DNA from: an uncultured cyanobacterium
GTDB taxonomy: Bacteria; Cyanobacteriota; Cyanobacteriia; Cyanobacteriales; CAWCAG01
NCBI GenBank assembly: GCA_963803805.1
Contig: CAWDOD010000010.1
Location: 448,001-512,000, forward strand
Length of the DNA stretch: 64,000 nucleotides
Reading direction: 5' to 3'
Each line of letters begins with the position of its first letter. The first letter of the stretch is position 1. Positions 1 to 9,831 of this stretch are shown piece after piece. Under the pieces are notes generated by a model that was not told the DNA's origin, did not search any database, and worked only from the letters and a program-made list of their open reading frames with translations. A program made the translations under genes and the position numbers.

Positions 1-678
1 AGCATGAAGCCCCCAAGCAATCCCTAAACTTCCCCCATCTACCCAACGTGCCAAGACTAAAATCATGCCCATCAGCCATAATCCTGGGATTTGAGGAAGG
101 GTATCTTTTTGTTCCCAAACTAAATGTAATAAAGCAAAAATTAAACTCGAAATTATCCCAGCAACTATTAGGGTATAGTTTTGTTGTAATTCAGTGAGAA
201 TAAAGCCCCGGAAAATTAATTCTTCAGTGAGGCCAATGCATAAACCTACTAGTAATAGGGGCAATAAAAGCGATCGCAAACGGGTTAGATTTTCCCAACG
301 CCATTGTAGTAAGCCTAATAACCACTCCCCCATAAAAGTTGCGACTAAGCTAAAAATACCTAAAAGAAAACCCAGTCCTAAAGAAGTAAAAATACTCCTA
401 TGCCAGCTTAAGCCATAGTCTTGAAAGGAAGCTCCTTCTACCCAAGCTGAAGCGGCAATAATTAAAGGGGCAATTAAATAAAGAGAAGCTACTAAAGAGA
501 GTTTTTGTTTTTCCCTTAAGGGTTGAGGTGGTCGCCACTTCACTAAAATTGCGACGAAAACTAACAGGGGCAACCACACAATTCCCCAAGCAAGAAAAAA
601 AGCTGTTACTTTTACTAAGGCTGTAGTTGTTGCTAAGAAATTTAGCCACTCATTAAAGGTCAATGACAATACTACCAT
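1..678 (-). CDS. CPBP/CAAX (Abi) family intramembrane metalloprotease, 3' end outside window
   Basis: Not in the ORF track. Manual translation from ATG at 678 gives MVVLSLTFNEWLNF...GLTEELIFRGFI...FALLHLVWE...GIAWGLHA, which contains the EExxxR, FxxxH and terminal H motifs. The frame is open to the window edge. Confidence 0.85.
   Translation of the reverse strand, partial: MVVLSLTFNEWLNFLATTTALVKVTAFFLAWGIVWLPLLVFVAILVKWRPPQPLREKQKLSLVASLYLIAPLIIAASAWVEGASFQDYGLSWHRSIFTSLGLGFLLGIFSLVATFMGEWLLGLLQWRWENLTRLRSLLLPLLLVGLCIGLTEELIFRGFILTELQQNYTLIVAGIISSLIFALLHLVWEQKDTLPQIPGLWLMGMILVLARWVDGGSLGIAWGLHA
270..277. repeat. HIP1 octamer GCGATCGC (example; many further copies across the window)
   Basis: The palindrome recurs many times (e.g. 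near 2220, 2733, 4641, 5361, 6929, 15583, 30091, 46706, 57698), which is typical of cyanobacterial genomes. Confidence 0.95.
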
Positions 679-985
679 AGGTAGAAATTAAGCCAAGTGA
701 ATTATTGAAACTTGTTTGTCAAAATGCTTGCATTTTGGCTCGATTCGTGGATGAGAAGAGCCTTGGAAGATCAATTTGTTAGGAAAAAAGAAAAGAGGGA
801 CTGATTGAGAATCTAACTAGTAGAGAGTAGCATTTCTTTACTGGTAATTTAACCAGGGTATACCCCTTAAATAGGGAGCCAATTTTTCATTCCTTAAAAA
901 GATTGCTCTGCTGCTTAGAGGAGAAAATATTACTTTGCCTCTCAACCCATCCACTCTATTTATCTGGGATTTTTGGTACTAGAGT

Positions 986-1396
986 TTACACGGCTACAGC
1001 CTCAGCATCTTCTGCTAAGTCTTCGCCTTCAACATCTAGCTGTTTGAGGTGAATGTGTTTATAACCTAATTTGATTTCAAACTCATCCCCAGGTTTTAAA
1101 CCCATGGCGTGAGTGTAGGTTGAACCAATCACAATTTGACCATTTTTATGAACACTTACCCGATAGGTAGGTTCCCTTCCTCGTCCATCTTTTGTTCCTT
1201 CTGGATCTAGAGGAACTCCTTTTGCAGCAAGGACTGCATCATAAAAATCAGTTAAATTCACACGGGTTTGATTATTTTTAGTCACCGTGTAATAACCGCA
1301 GCGTTTCGCTGTTTCTCTTCGAGGTAAGTGGGAAAGCTCTTTAACTTTTTGCAGTAAAGATTTTCCCGTTAATGCTGTAGTTGGCATCTCACTCAT
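986..1396 (-). CDS. cyAbrB transcriptional regulator (cyAbrB1/CalA clade)
   Basis: LTGKSLLQKVKELSHLPRRETAKRCGYY and GRGREPTYRVSVHKNGQIVIG resemble the Sll0359-type cyAbrB. Confidence 0.9.
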   Translation of the reverse strand: MSEMPTTALTGKSLLQKVKELSHLPRRETAKRCGYYTVTKNNQTRVNLTDFYDAVLAAKGVPLDPEGTKDGRGREPTYRVSVHKNGQIVIGSTYTHAMGLKPGDEFEIKLGYKHIHLKQLDVEGEDLAEDAEAVAV

Positions 1397-1785
1397 GATG
1401 TGACAAAATATCCTTCAACTTTCTTAATTAGACAATATATCTTACTACCAAATTATTGGCTATATAAAAAATATATCGTTAAAAACCAATGATAGACAAT
1501 TTTTTTGAGTAGTTGTTTGTGATTTTTACAAAAACTATTGTACTTGAAGTTAGTTGTCTAATTTAAGAAGGTATAGTTGAAAAAATTAAATTCTCAATTA
1601 CAACTGGTAATTTTTCTAGAGGGGGAGATTTTTTGGTTTCCTTGTTTTAGACTAGAAATATCAGGGTGAGTTATCTCCAACAACAAAAAAGGTATTGACA
1701 AATAGGAATCAAAACGCTATTTGGTAATTGTTTGAGTTAAATCAAAATTCCCACTCAGGTAGGAAGATTTTTTAAGATCAATTCT

Positions 1786-2772
1786 ATGGAAGTAATTTTC
1801 AAAATAGTTCGCCAAAAACAAAAAGCAGCTTCGCCGAAGCTTCAAAGTTATAGCTTGGATATTGAGCCAGGAAAGACTATTCTTGAGTGTTTAAATACCA
1901 TCAAGTGGGAGTTGGATGGTAGTTTGGCTTTTCGTAAAAATTGCCGCAATACAATTTGTGGTAGTTGCGGTATGAAAATTAATGGACGTTCAGCTTTAGC
2001 TTGTAAAGAAAATGTAGGGCAAGAAATTGAGCGCTTCTGGACAAAATCTCCTCAATTAACTCCAGAAATTACCATAGCTCCTTTAGGAAATATGCCTGTA
2101 ATCAAAGATTTGGTTGTGGATATGCAAGGGTTCTGGCAGGGCTTAGAGGCGGTAGAACCTTATATAAGCACCAATGCCAGGTCAATACCGGAAAGAGAAT
2201 TTCTCCAGACTCCTAACGAGCGATCGCAGCTTGATCAAACCGGTAATTGTATTATGTGTGGTGCTTGTTATTCTGAATGTAATGCTAAGGATGTTAATGT
2301 TGATTTTGTGGGGCCCCATGCCTTAGCAAAAGCCCAAAGGATGGTAACAGACTCCCGCGATGATCACACAGAAGAGCGTTTAGAGTCTTATAATCAAGGA
2401 ACAGCAGGGGTCTGGGGTTGTACTCGCTGTTATATGTGCAACACCGTTTGTCCCATGGAAGTTGCCCCCATGGAACAAATTAGTAAAATTAAGCAGGAAA
2501 TTTTAGACCGCCAAGATGCTCAAAGCAGCCGTTCAATTCGCCATCGTAAAGTACTAATAGATTTAGTTAAACAAGGGGGCTGGATTGATGAGCGTAAGTT
2601 TGGTTTGATGGTGGTAGGAAATTATTTACGGGACTTAAAAGGATTAGCTAGTCTTGCCCCTTTAGGTTTACGAATGTTGGCACGGGGGAAATTTCCCCTG
2701 GAATTCACGCCTTCCCAGGGAACTCAGGAGGTGCGATCGCTGATTGAGTCTGTGCAAAATTTAGATTGCTAA
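1786..2772 (+). CDS. sdhB: Succinate dehydrogenase/fumarate reductase iron-sulfur subunit
   Basis: Cys clusters CRNTICGSC...C, CIMCGACYSEC and CTRCYMCNTVCP. Confidence 0.92.
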   Translation: MEVIFKIVRQKQKAASPKLQSYSLDIEPGKTILECLNTIKWELDGSLAFRKNCRNTICGSCGMKINGRSALACKENVGQEIERFWTKSPQLTPEITIAPLGNMPVIKDLVVDMQGFWQGLEAVEPYISTNARSIPEREFLQTPNERSQLDQTGNCIMCGACYSECNAKDVNVDFVGPHALAKAQRMVTDSRDDHTEERLESYNQGTAGVWGCTRCYMCNTVCPMEVAPMEQISKIKQEILDRQDAQSSRSIRHRKVLIDLVKQGGWIDERKFGLMVVGNYLRDLKGLASLAPLGLRMLARGKFPLEFTPSQGTQEVRSLIESVQNLDC

Positions 2773-2815
2773 TCGCTAACTTTTGTTTTCTTATTACACT
2801 TTTGACTCGTAAATT

Positions 2816-3010
2816 ATGGATACTGAAATAGAAACTTCTTTACCTAATCAACCAAAAGAAAGCTCCAGCCCAGAAACAGAACCCAGTTTTGGTTGGAATA
2901 TTTATGCAGAAAAAATTAATGGGCGCTTTGCTATGATTGGCTTTGTTGCCCTGTTGCTCCTTGAGCTTTTTACTCACCAAGATTTCTTTACTTGGCTAGG
3001 CTTACGATAA
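2816..3010 (+). CDS. High-light-inducible protein (Hlip/SCP)
   Basis: Chlorophyll-binding motif [19 protein letters not shown] followed by one TM helix. Confidence 0.92.
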   Translation: MDTEIETSLPNQPKESSSPETEPSFGWNIYAEKINGRFAMIGFVALLLLELFTHQDFFTWLGLR

Positions 3011-3052
3011 GTTAGAATACACATTCAACTAAAAATTTTCCCTAACAGGAGT

Positions 3053-3658
3053 CTATTTTTTATTTTCCCCATCTTGATAGAGGGGATCTTCATCAAGGGA
3101 ACCTACGCGCCCCACAGGCCAAAATCTTACGGCTGCCCGACCAATAATATTTTTGCGAGGTACAAAACCCCAAGAATGGGAATCGTAGCTGTTGTTGCGA
3201 TTATCCCCTAAAACTAGATAATGATCTTCAGGAACCTTAGCAGGGCCATAATCGTAAGCGGGTTTTTGTTCAATATATTCTTCTTCTATTCCTTTACCAT
3301 TTACAAAAACTCTACCATTTTTAACTTGAATAGTTTCTCCAGGTAAACCAATAACTCTTTTAATAAAAGCCTCATGAAAATTCTGTTGCTTAAGGGTATC
3401 TGTGGGGTTGAAAACCACAATATCTCCTCGTTCGGGTTTTCTAAAGTTGTAGCTTACCTTTTCAATAAGGAGGCGATCATTAATTTCTAAAGTAGGAAGC
3501 ATCGAACCGGAAGGGATATAACGGGCTTCAGCGACAAAACTGCGTATACCCACAGCTAATACAGCACTGAGGGCAATGGTTTTCAGTCCTTCTATCCAAG
3601 GATTTTCAGGGCTTCTTTCCGGCTTAGGTTTGGGAGTTTGATTAGAAGTTTCGGTCAT
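3053..3658 (-). CDS. lepB: Signal peptidase I
   Basis: IPSGSMLPTL, FIKRVIGLPG and GDNRNNSYDSH motifs. Confidence 0.93.
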   Translation of the reverse strand: MTETSNQTPKPKPERSPENPWIEGLKTIALSAVLAVGIRSFVAEARYIPSGSMLPTLEINDRLLIEKVSYNFRKPERGDIVVFNPTDTLKQQNFHEAFIKRVIGLPGETIQVKNGRVFVNGKGIEEEYIEQKPAYDYGPAKVPEDHYLVLGDNRNNSYDSHSWGFVPRKNIIGRAAVRFWPVGRVGSLDEDPLYQDGENKK

Positions 3659-3798
3659 AGCTATGCAATTTCAAGACAATTACCAACAAAGAACAACAAA
3701 AAATAAATTTAGGGATTGATGTATAGTTTCTTTTCTACTTGTAACTGCACAACCTCAAAAGTTGCAACTATTTAAGAATCGTTTAATTCTAACTTGAT

Positions 3799-5124
3799 AT
3801 GACATCTACTGCTCCGTTACTAATTCGTCAAGCCCGTATTCTCTTACCTGATGGCAACTTTCAGGTGGGAGATGTGGAGATCACAACTGGAAGAATTACC
3901 CAAATTGCGACCCAGATAGAGACAAATAACTCTGATAGAGAAATAGACGCTACTAATTTAACTTTGTTGCCTGGGGTAATTGACCCCCAAGTACATTTTC
4001 GAGAACCAGGGTTAGAACATAAAGAAGACTTGTTTACAGCTAGTTGTGCTTGCGCTAAAGGTGGTGTTACCTCCTTTTTAGAGATGCCGAATACTCGTCC
4101 TTTAACTACTACTCAAGAAGCTTTGGACGATAAATTAAGGCGTTGTGAACAGAAGTGTTTAGTTAATTATGGCTTTTTTATGGGGGCAACGGCAGAAAAT
4201 TTGGCTGCCCTTCGTGAGGCTTCTCCTAGTTGTGGCATCAAAATTTTTATGGGTTCTTCCCATGGTGCTTTGTTAGTTAGTACAGAAGCAGAAATAGAAC
4301 CAATTTTTGCTCAAGGGGAGCGCTTAATTGCTGTTCATGCTGAAGATCAAGCTAGGATTATAGAACGGCGTAAATTATTTGCCGGAGAAACTAACCCCGC
4401 TATCCATTCTCAGATTCAAGATAGCCAAGCTGCCCTAAATGCCACTAAATTAGCTCTGAAACTCTCTAAAAAGTATCAAAGACGTTTACATATTCTCCAC
4501 CTTTCCACAGGAGAAGAAGCGGAATTATTGCGTCAAGATAAACCGAATTGGGTAACAGCAGAAGTAACCCCTCAACATCTTCTTTTAAATACCCAAGCTT
4601 ACGAGAAAATTGGCACTCTCGCCCAGATGAATCCTCCCTTGCGATCGCACCAAGATAACGCCATCCTTTGGCAAGCTTTATTAGATGGGGTGATAGATTT
4701 CATTGCTACCGATCATGCCCCTCATACCTTAGAAGAAAAAGGTAAAGGCTATCCCCATAGTCCTTCAGGAATGCCAGGGGTAGAAACATCCTTACCCCTC
4801 ATGCTAACCCAAGCTGTACACGGGCGCTGCACCATTGCCCAAGTCGCTAATTGGATGTCTGCTGCCCCTGCCAAGGCATACCAAATTCCTAACAAAGGAG
4901 CGATCGCCGTTGGTTATGATGCAGATTTAGTTTTGGTAGATGTAGATAATTACCGCCCAGTCTTGAGGGAAGAATTGCTAAGCAAATGTGGCTGGAGTCC
5001 CTTTGAAGGTTGGAATTTAACAGGATGGCCGCAATTGACCATTGTTGGTGGTCAGGTTGTCTATGAGGCTGGCAAAGTTAATACAGAAGTACGAGGAAAA
5101 GCTTTAAGCTTTGGTGAAAAGTAA
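3799..5124 (+). CDS. pyrC: Dihydroorotase (amidohydrolase family)
   Basis: PGVIDPQVHFREPG, EMPNTRP, MNPPLR and ATDHAPH motifs. Confidence 0.85.
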   Translation: MTSTAPLLIRQARILLPDGNFQVGDVEITTGRITQIATQIETNNSDREIDATNLTLLPGVIDPQVHFREPGLEHKEDLFTASCACAKGGVTSFLEMPNTRPLTTTQEALDDKLRRCEQKCLVNYGFFMGATAENLAALREASPSCGIKIFMGSSHGALLVSTEAEIEPIFAQGERLIAVHAEDQARIIERRKLFAGETNPAIHSQIQDSQAALNATKLALKLSKKYQRRLHILHLSTGEEAELLRQDKPNWVTAEVTPQHLLLNTQAYEKIGTLAQMNPPLRSHQDNAILWQALLDGVIDFIATDHAPHTLEEKGKGYPHSPSGMPGVETSLPLMLTQAVHGRCTIAQVANWMSAAPAKAYQIPNKGAIAVGYDADLVLVDVDNYRPVLREELLSKCGWSPFEGWNLTGWPQLTIVGGQVVYEAGKVNTEVRGKALSFGEK

Positions 5125-5152
5125 AAGGTAGGGATGTAGGGAGGTAAGGACA

Positions 5153-5188
5153 ATTAGCAAATAGCCATTAGCAAATAGCCATTAGCAA
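5153..5188. repeat. Short tandem repeat (ATTAGCAAATAGCC) x2.5, heptamer-based STRR type
   Basis: Read directly between the convergent pyrC and TPR genes. Confidence 0.85.
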
Positions 5189-5190
5189 AA

Positions 5191-5853
5191 TTACCTTCCC
5201 AATCTTCGTAAAGTCAAATCAAGATTTTCTTGGGTAACTCGATCATTAACATCTATCTCTAAAGCTATTTCAAAAGCTTCCAAAGCCTCTAAATAGCGCC
5301 CCAACTTGTATAAAGCAACCCCTTTATTATTCCAGGTTGTTTGGTCATCAGGTTTGAGGGCGATCGCTTGTTCATATGCTTCAACCGCTTGGGTATAGCG
5401 TCCTAACCGACGCAAAGCCACTCCTTTTGCTGTCCAAGCTAGATATACTTCTCCATCTCCCCAATTACCATCTCCTGCCAAGGCTAGTTCACAACTAGTA
5501 ACAGCCTCTTCATATCTGCGTAAATTGTTCAGAGCTGTACAACGATTGTACCAAGCTAAAGAATTGTCGCGATCCAGTTCAATGGCGCGGTTGTGGTAAG
5601 TCAAAGCTTCACTGGGCTTTTTAAAATCTCGATGGAGTATTGCCCCCCTTGTCGTCCATAACATTGCCTGATCTTGTTGTAACTCAATGGCGCGATCGCA
5701 GGCTTCTAAACCTGCTTCCCCTCTTAATTCATAGCATTGCTGAGTCCAATAGTTAAAGTCATTAGGCTCTTGGGCAACAGCAGCCGTACCGATTAAACCT
5801 GTTCCCCCCAAAACCATGAGAGTAAGTAAAATTTTTCTATATATTCTGGTCAT
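5191..5853 (-). CDS. Exported tetratricopeptide repeat protein
   Basis: Signal peptide ending AVA-Q, then several TPR units (e.g. AWTAKGVALRRLGRYTQAVEAYEQAIALKPDD). Confidence 0.85.
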   Translation of the reverse strand: MTRIYRKILLTLMVLGGTGLIGTAAVAQEPNDFNYWTQQCYELRGEAGLEACDRAIELQQDQAMLWTTRGAILHRDFKKPSEALTYHNRAIELDRDNSLAWYNRCTALNNLRRYEEAVTSCELALAGDGNWGDGEVYLAWTAKGVALRRLGRYTQAVEAYEQAIALKPDDQTTWNNKGVALYKLGRYLEALEAFEIALEIDVNDRVTQENLDLTLRRLGR

Positions 5854-5922
5854 TTCGAGCGAGTTAATTTTAAATTAGCCTATCTATATAGCTATTTAAA
5901 CAGTTCGCTTTCATATTGAGAC

Positions 5923-5956
5923 AAAAAAAATCCCCACCAGTGGGTGTTGGGCGGGG
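5923..5956 (-). terminator. Rho-independent terminator-like hairpin plus U8
   Basis: Minus strand reads CCCCGCC...GGTGGGG-A-T8. Confidence 0.65.
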
Positions 5957-6240
5957 CAGTTACTCGTTTGTCGGTGAGAGCATAGATTTAGCTATGCTAC
6001 GAGGAACCTTATTGATGGAAGAAGCAAGGTAATAACCTTGTTACTTTGTTTAGACTATTTTGCTTTCTTCTATTGATTATCAAGCAACACTGTTTACGAT
6101 CATGTTTGCTTAATGTATATTTTTTGTATGACTTTGGTATATTTTCTCAAAAACTAGTTGATTGCCCAGCTTCTCAAAGGGAAAAGCGGTATATTATTCA
6201 ACTAGGAAACAAACCATCTCCCCATCTCCCTCTCAACTTT

Positions 6241-6278
6241 GTCACACAATCTTCACAACACCGTCACAAGAAAGTCAT
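6241..6278 (+). promoter_or_regulatory. Four direct repeats at 11-bp spacing (putative OmpR/PhoB-family operator)
   Basis: GTCAC(6241), TTCAC(6252), GTCAC(6263), GTCAT(6274) upstream of the HtrA gene. Confidence 0.55.
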
Positions 6279-6388
6279 TTCTTTAATCTAACTTGAAAAG
6301 TGTCAGCTAATGAACACCTTGAACACTCACTCACACCACTAGCTGACTTTTCCTCCTCTGTAGAAGCTATTAATCAAGTTAAGTAACT

Positions 6389-7552
6389 ATGGAAATTAAT
6401 AATTTAGACTCTTCCTCACCTCAAAAAAACAATCCTCTGCAAAAAACGGTTACTTACTTATCTTTGGTGCTTTTAGGCGCAGGTATAGCCTTTGGTAGTG
6501 ATGCTTTAATTGAGCGAAAAGAATTATCTGCCCTTGTTCCCGACTCATCAGCCCAACTTCAAGAAAAGAAAGTTACAACCCGTTCTATAGATAGTTCCCT
6601 AATTCCCAATAACTTCGTCACTGAAGTTGTAGACACTGTTGGAGATAGCGTTGTACGTATTGATGCTTCTCGCCAAACAGGAAGATTTAGAATGAGTGAA
6701 GGTACAGGTTCAGGTTTTGTGGTTAGGGAAGACGGACAAATCCTTACCAATGCTCATGTTGTTGATGGTGTTGATACTGTAACTGTTACCCTCAAAGATG
6801 GTCGCACTATGGAAGGAAAAGTTATGGGAAGTGATCCTGTAACTGATGTGGCAGTTATCAAAGTTGAGGAAGAAAATCTTCCTGCGGCGGCTTTAGGAGA
6901 TTCTGATCAACTTAAACCAGGAGAATGGGCGATCGCCATTGGTAATCCTTTAGGTTTAAATAATACTGTCACCACAGGAATTATCAGCGCTACAGGTAGA
7001 TCTAGTTCTCAAGTGGGTGTTGCGGATAAAAGAGTGGATTTTGTCCAAACCGATGCTGCAATTAACCCCGGAAATTCTGGAGGCCCTTTACTAAATCAAA
7101 AGGGTGAAGTTATTGGCATCAACACTGCTATCTTCCGTGATGCCCAAGGCATTGGTTTCGCTATCCCCATCAATACTGCTAAAGATATTGCTGATCAGTT
7201 AGTAGCTAAAGGGAAAGTTGAACATTCTTACTTAGGCATCCAAATGGTAGATCTCAATCCAGAAATCAAAGAAAGTATTAACAACAATCCCCAAAATGGT
7301 TTTCGGGTGGAAGCACAAGAAGGAGTAATTATTGCCGGAATTGTTCCTAACTCTCCTGCGGCTAAAGCTGGATTACAAACAGGGGATGTACTCCAAAGTA
7401 TTAATGAAGATCAAGTCATTGATTCTCAAACAGTTCAAAATATAGTCAATAAGGTTCCTGTAGGCGAAAAAGTATCTTTAGAATTAGATCGCCAAGGTCA
7501 GAAAGTAAAGTTAAATCTCAAAGTAGGGGTCTTACCTCCTAACCTGAAATAA
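6389..7552 (+). CDS. HtrA/HhoA/HhoB family serine protease with PDZ domain
   Basis: GTGSGF, LTNAHVV, TDVAVIK and DAAINPGNSGGPL motifs plus a C-terminal PDZ domain. Confidence 0.93.
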   Translation: MEINNLDSSSPQKNNPLQKTVTYLSLVLLGAGIAFGSDALIERKELSALVPDSSAQLQEKKVTTRSIDSSLIPNNFVTEVVDTVGDSVVRIDASRQTGRFRMSEGTGSGFVVREDGQILTNAHVVDGVDTVTVTLKDGRTMEGKVMGSDPVTDVAVIKVEEENLPAAALGDSDQLKPGEWAIAIGNPLGLNNTVTTGIISATGRSSSQVGVADKRVDFVQTDAAINPGNSGGPLLNQKGEVIGINTAIFRDAQGIGFAIPINTAKDIADQLVAKGKVEHSYLGIQMVDLNPEIKESINNNPQNGFRVEAQEGVIIAGIVPNSPAAKAGLQTGDVLQSINEDQVIDSQTVQNIVNKVPVGEKVSLELDRQGQKVKLNLKVGVLPPNLK

Positions 7553-7597
7553 ATTTCCCTTGTTATTATAATCACCAAGTAAGCAAACCAAACTTAA

Positions 7598-7691
7598 CTA
7601 GTAGTTTGTCAGTCTATCTATAATTTTGGAGTTACAAGAATTACTGAATCCTGACCTCTGAACCTTAGATTTCCAATTGACAAACCACTAG
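7598..7691. mobile_element. MITE-like element with CTAG-terminated inverted repeats (family A, copy 1)
   Basis: CTAGTAGTTTGTCA ... TGACAAACCACTAG (13/14 complementary). The same ends occur at 16404-16489. Confidence 0.65.
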
Positions 7692-7700
7692 GTTACAGAC

Positions 7701-7736
7701 AAAAAAAAGCTGAGCCTCCCAAACTTTGGCCCAGCT
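7701..7736 (-). terminator. Rho-independent terminator
   Basis: Minus strand reads AGCTGGGCC...GGCTCAGCT followed by a T-run. Confidence 0.75.
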
Positions 7737-8184
7737 AATATCCATTCTGAGAACTAACCTTTGTCAAAAAATAGCCATCTTACATCAAAGACCTAATTGC
7801 TTTTTCCTTACACCTCCTTGAATTAATTAACTAAGGGATTTCCAATGAGCAAAACCCACAAAGTAGAAGCATTAAAGGCAATTTAGTTAGAGTTTCGTGG
7901 CTCAGTGCTAAGGGCATATAAAAACAATTTTTTTGTTTGACTACCTTTAGCTGTAAAGAGCGCGTTCCTCTTTTCTTTGCTTTGCTATGTACTTATTATC
8001 AAATCCTGAGATATGCGTTTGTGTATACGCTAGTGTTTGATTTAGGTTTTATTTGTATACTTTTGAAAATTTCTTGCTTTGTATCAGTAGTCTTAGTGAT
8101 AAATTTGTAACATTTTTATCTCAATTTGCTACATATAGGGATGAGGAGTAAAAATATTTTTAGCAGTGGTTTTTCCCATCAAGA

Positions 8185-9729
8185 TTAAAAGTCAAAATAA
8201 ATATACGGTAGTCCTCCTTCCGGTGCCAAAAGCCAAACTCCTAAAAGGCAAATCGGAGCGAAGACTAGTTTAATAGGCCAATTTAGTCTTAACTGCAAAC
8301 CTCGTTGAATGGCATAGGCAATGGCCATAGCAATAAATATTAAAGTAATTAATACCGAAACTTGATACTGACCTAAGCCAATTGCCTCTCCATAAACCTT
8401 CTGGGCAAACTGGGCATCTCCTGAATAGTTCCATAAATGCCTTATTGCCAAACCAGCTTGCCGAAGATCCGGGAGACGAAAAAAGATCCAGGATGTGAAT
8501 ACCATCAATTGGGTAATTAACCAAGCCATAAATATTCCGGGCCAACTTTTCCACCAAATCGTTAACCCTTCAACCTTCTTACTAACTGTATCTGTAAGGC
8601 GATGTATAGCTAAAGCCAAACCGTGCAAACCTCCCCAAACTACATAACCCCAAGCTGCACCATGCCAAATTCCCGCAATAAGCATCACCAATAATAAATT
8701 CAGGCAAGTCCTCCCTAAACCCTGACGAGAGCCTCCCAGAGGGAAATATAAGTAATTACGTAACCAATCTCCCAAAGTCATATGCCAGCGTCGCCAAAAG
8801 TCAGCGATACTGGTACTAAAGTAAGGGTAGTTAAAGTTTTCTGGGAGATTGAAGCCCAATAGCATAGCACTACCACGGGCTAAGTCTACATAGCCGCTAA
8901 AATCAAAATAGAGTTGCAACCCATAAGCAATAATCCCCAGCCAAAGATCCCAACTACCGGCCCTTTCTAGATTACCAAAACATAAATCTACGAAAATCCC
9001 TAAGCGATCTGCTAACAAAGCTTTTTTGACTGCCCCCAAAGCAATTAACCAAAATCCTTCAATAAAGTTATTAAGAGCTGGTGTTTGGGGAGTATTAAAT
9101 TGTTTAGCTAGTTCGTGATAGCGAGTAATAGGGCCGGAAATTAATTTAGGAAAAAAGAGTTTGTAACTAATAAATTGCAACAAACTCTGACTAGCTTTGC
9201 TCCCTCTAGAAATATCAACTAGATAAGCAATACATTCAAAAGTAAAGAAGGAAATTCCCAAGGGGGCAAGCAAGTTTTTGCTCAACCAATTAGCGTTTTC
9301 ACTTGCCGCAGGTGAGTTGAAGCTAGTAGCAAAGGTATTGATAAGAAAAGGAAGATATTTAAAAGCTACCAATATGAGAATGTTGGCAACAATACCCAGA
9401 ATCAGAATATTAGTAGCCTTACGATTCCAAGATTTTTGTAAGTTTTCCCATTCTTGGTTAGAAAGATTCTGATCCTGTGCCTGTTTAACTCCAATGCCAA
9501 CTTTCTCCTCCATAGCCTTGCCCAGATAGAAGTTCAGCAAAGCCATAATTAAGAGTAAAGGAATGTACCACCATTGCAAAGAAGCATAGAAGGCAATACT
9601 CGCTACTAAAAACAACCATAGTTGTAATTGCTTACGGGTTTTACCTTGGGAGGCTAATTGCCTTAGTAACCAAGCGACTTCTATGATGACAAGGAGAAAA
9701 AGTGCGTAAAGAGGATCGAGAAAGGACAT
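8185..9729 (-). CDS. MBOAT family O-acyltransferase (AlgI/DltB-like)
   Basis: PLGISFFTF, QLYFDFSGY, DFWRRWHMTL and GIWHGA motifs. Confidence 0.92.
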   Translation of the reverse strand: MSFLDPLYALFLLVIIEVAWLLRQLASQGKTRKQLQLWLFLVASIAFYASLQWWYIPLLLIMALLNFYLGKAMEEKVGIGVKQAQDQNLSNQEWENLQKSWNRKATNILILGIVANILILVAFKYLPFLINTFATSFNSPAASENANWLSKNLLAPLGISFFTFECIAYLVDISRGSKASQSLLQFISYKLFFPKLISGPITRYHELAKQFNTPQTPALNNFIEGFWLIALGAVKKALLADRLGIFVDLCFGNLERAGSWDLWLGIIAYGLQLYFDFSGYVDLARGSAMLLGFNLPENFNYPYFSTSIADFWRRWHMTLGDWLRNYLYFPLGGSRQGLGRTCLNLLLVMLIAGIWHGAAWGYVVWGGLHGLALAIHRLTDTVSKKVEGLTIWWKSWPGIFMAWLITQLMVFTSWIFFRLPDLRQAGLAIRHLWNYSGDAQFAQKVYGEAIGLGQYQVSVLITLIFIAMAIAYAIQRGLQLRLNWPIKLVFAPICLLGVWLLAPEGGLPYIYFDF

Positions 9730-9738
9730 TGGGAAGAA

Positions 9739-9769
9739 GTAATAAGTGATAAGTAACGAGTAATAAGTA
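9739..9769. repeat. Degenerate heptamer tandem repeat (AGTAATA-like)
   Basis: agtaata agtgata agtaacg agtaata agt. Confidence 0.7.
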
Positions 9770-9831
9770 AAGAACCTAACTATTGCTAAAATTCCTATTA
9801 CCTAATTCCTGTCACCGCTAGCCACTAGCAA

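Noticed and set aside
194-649. ORFs 194-418 (+) and 398-649 (-)
   Set aside because: Shadow frames of the CAAX protease gene (1-678, minus strand).
6046-6291. 81-aa ORF upstream of the HtrA gene
   Set aside because: TTG start, no recognisable motif, and it overlaps promoter-like sequence.
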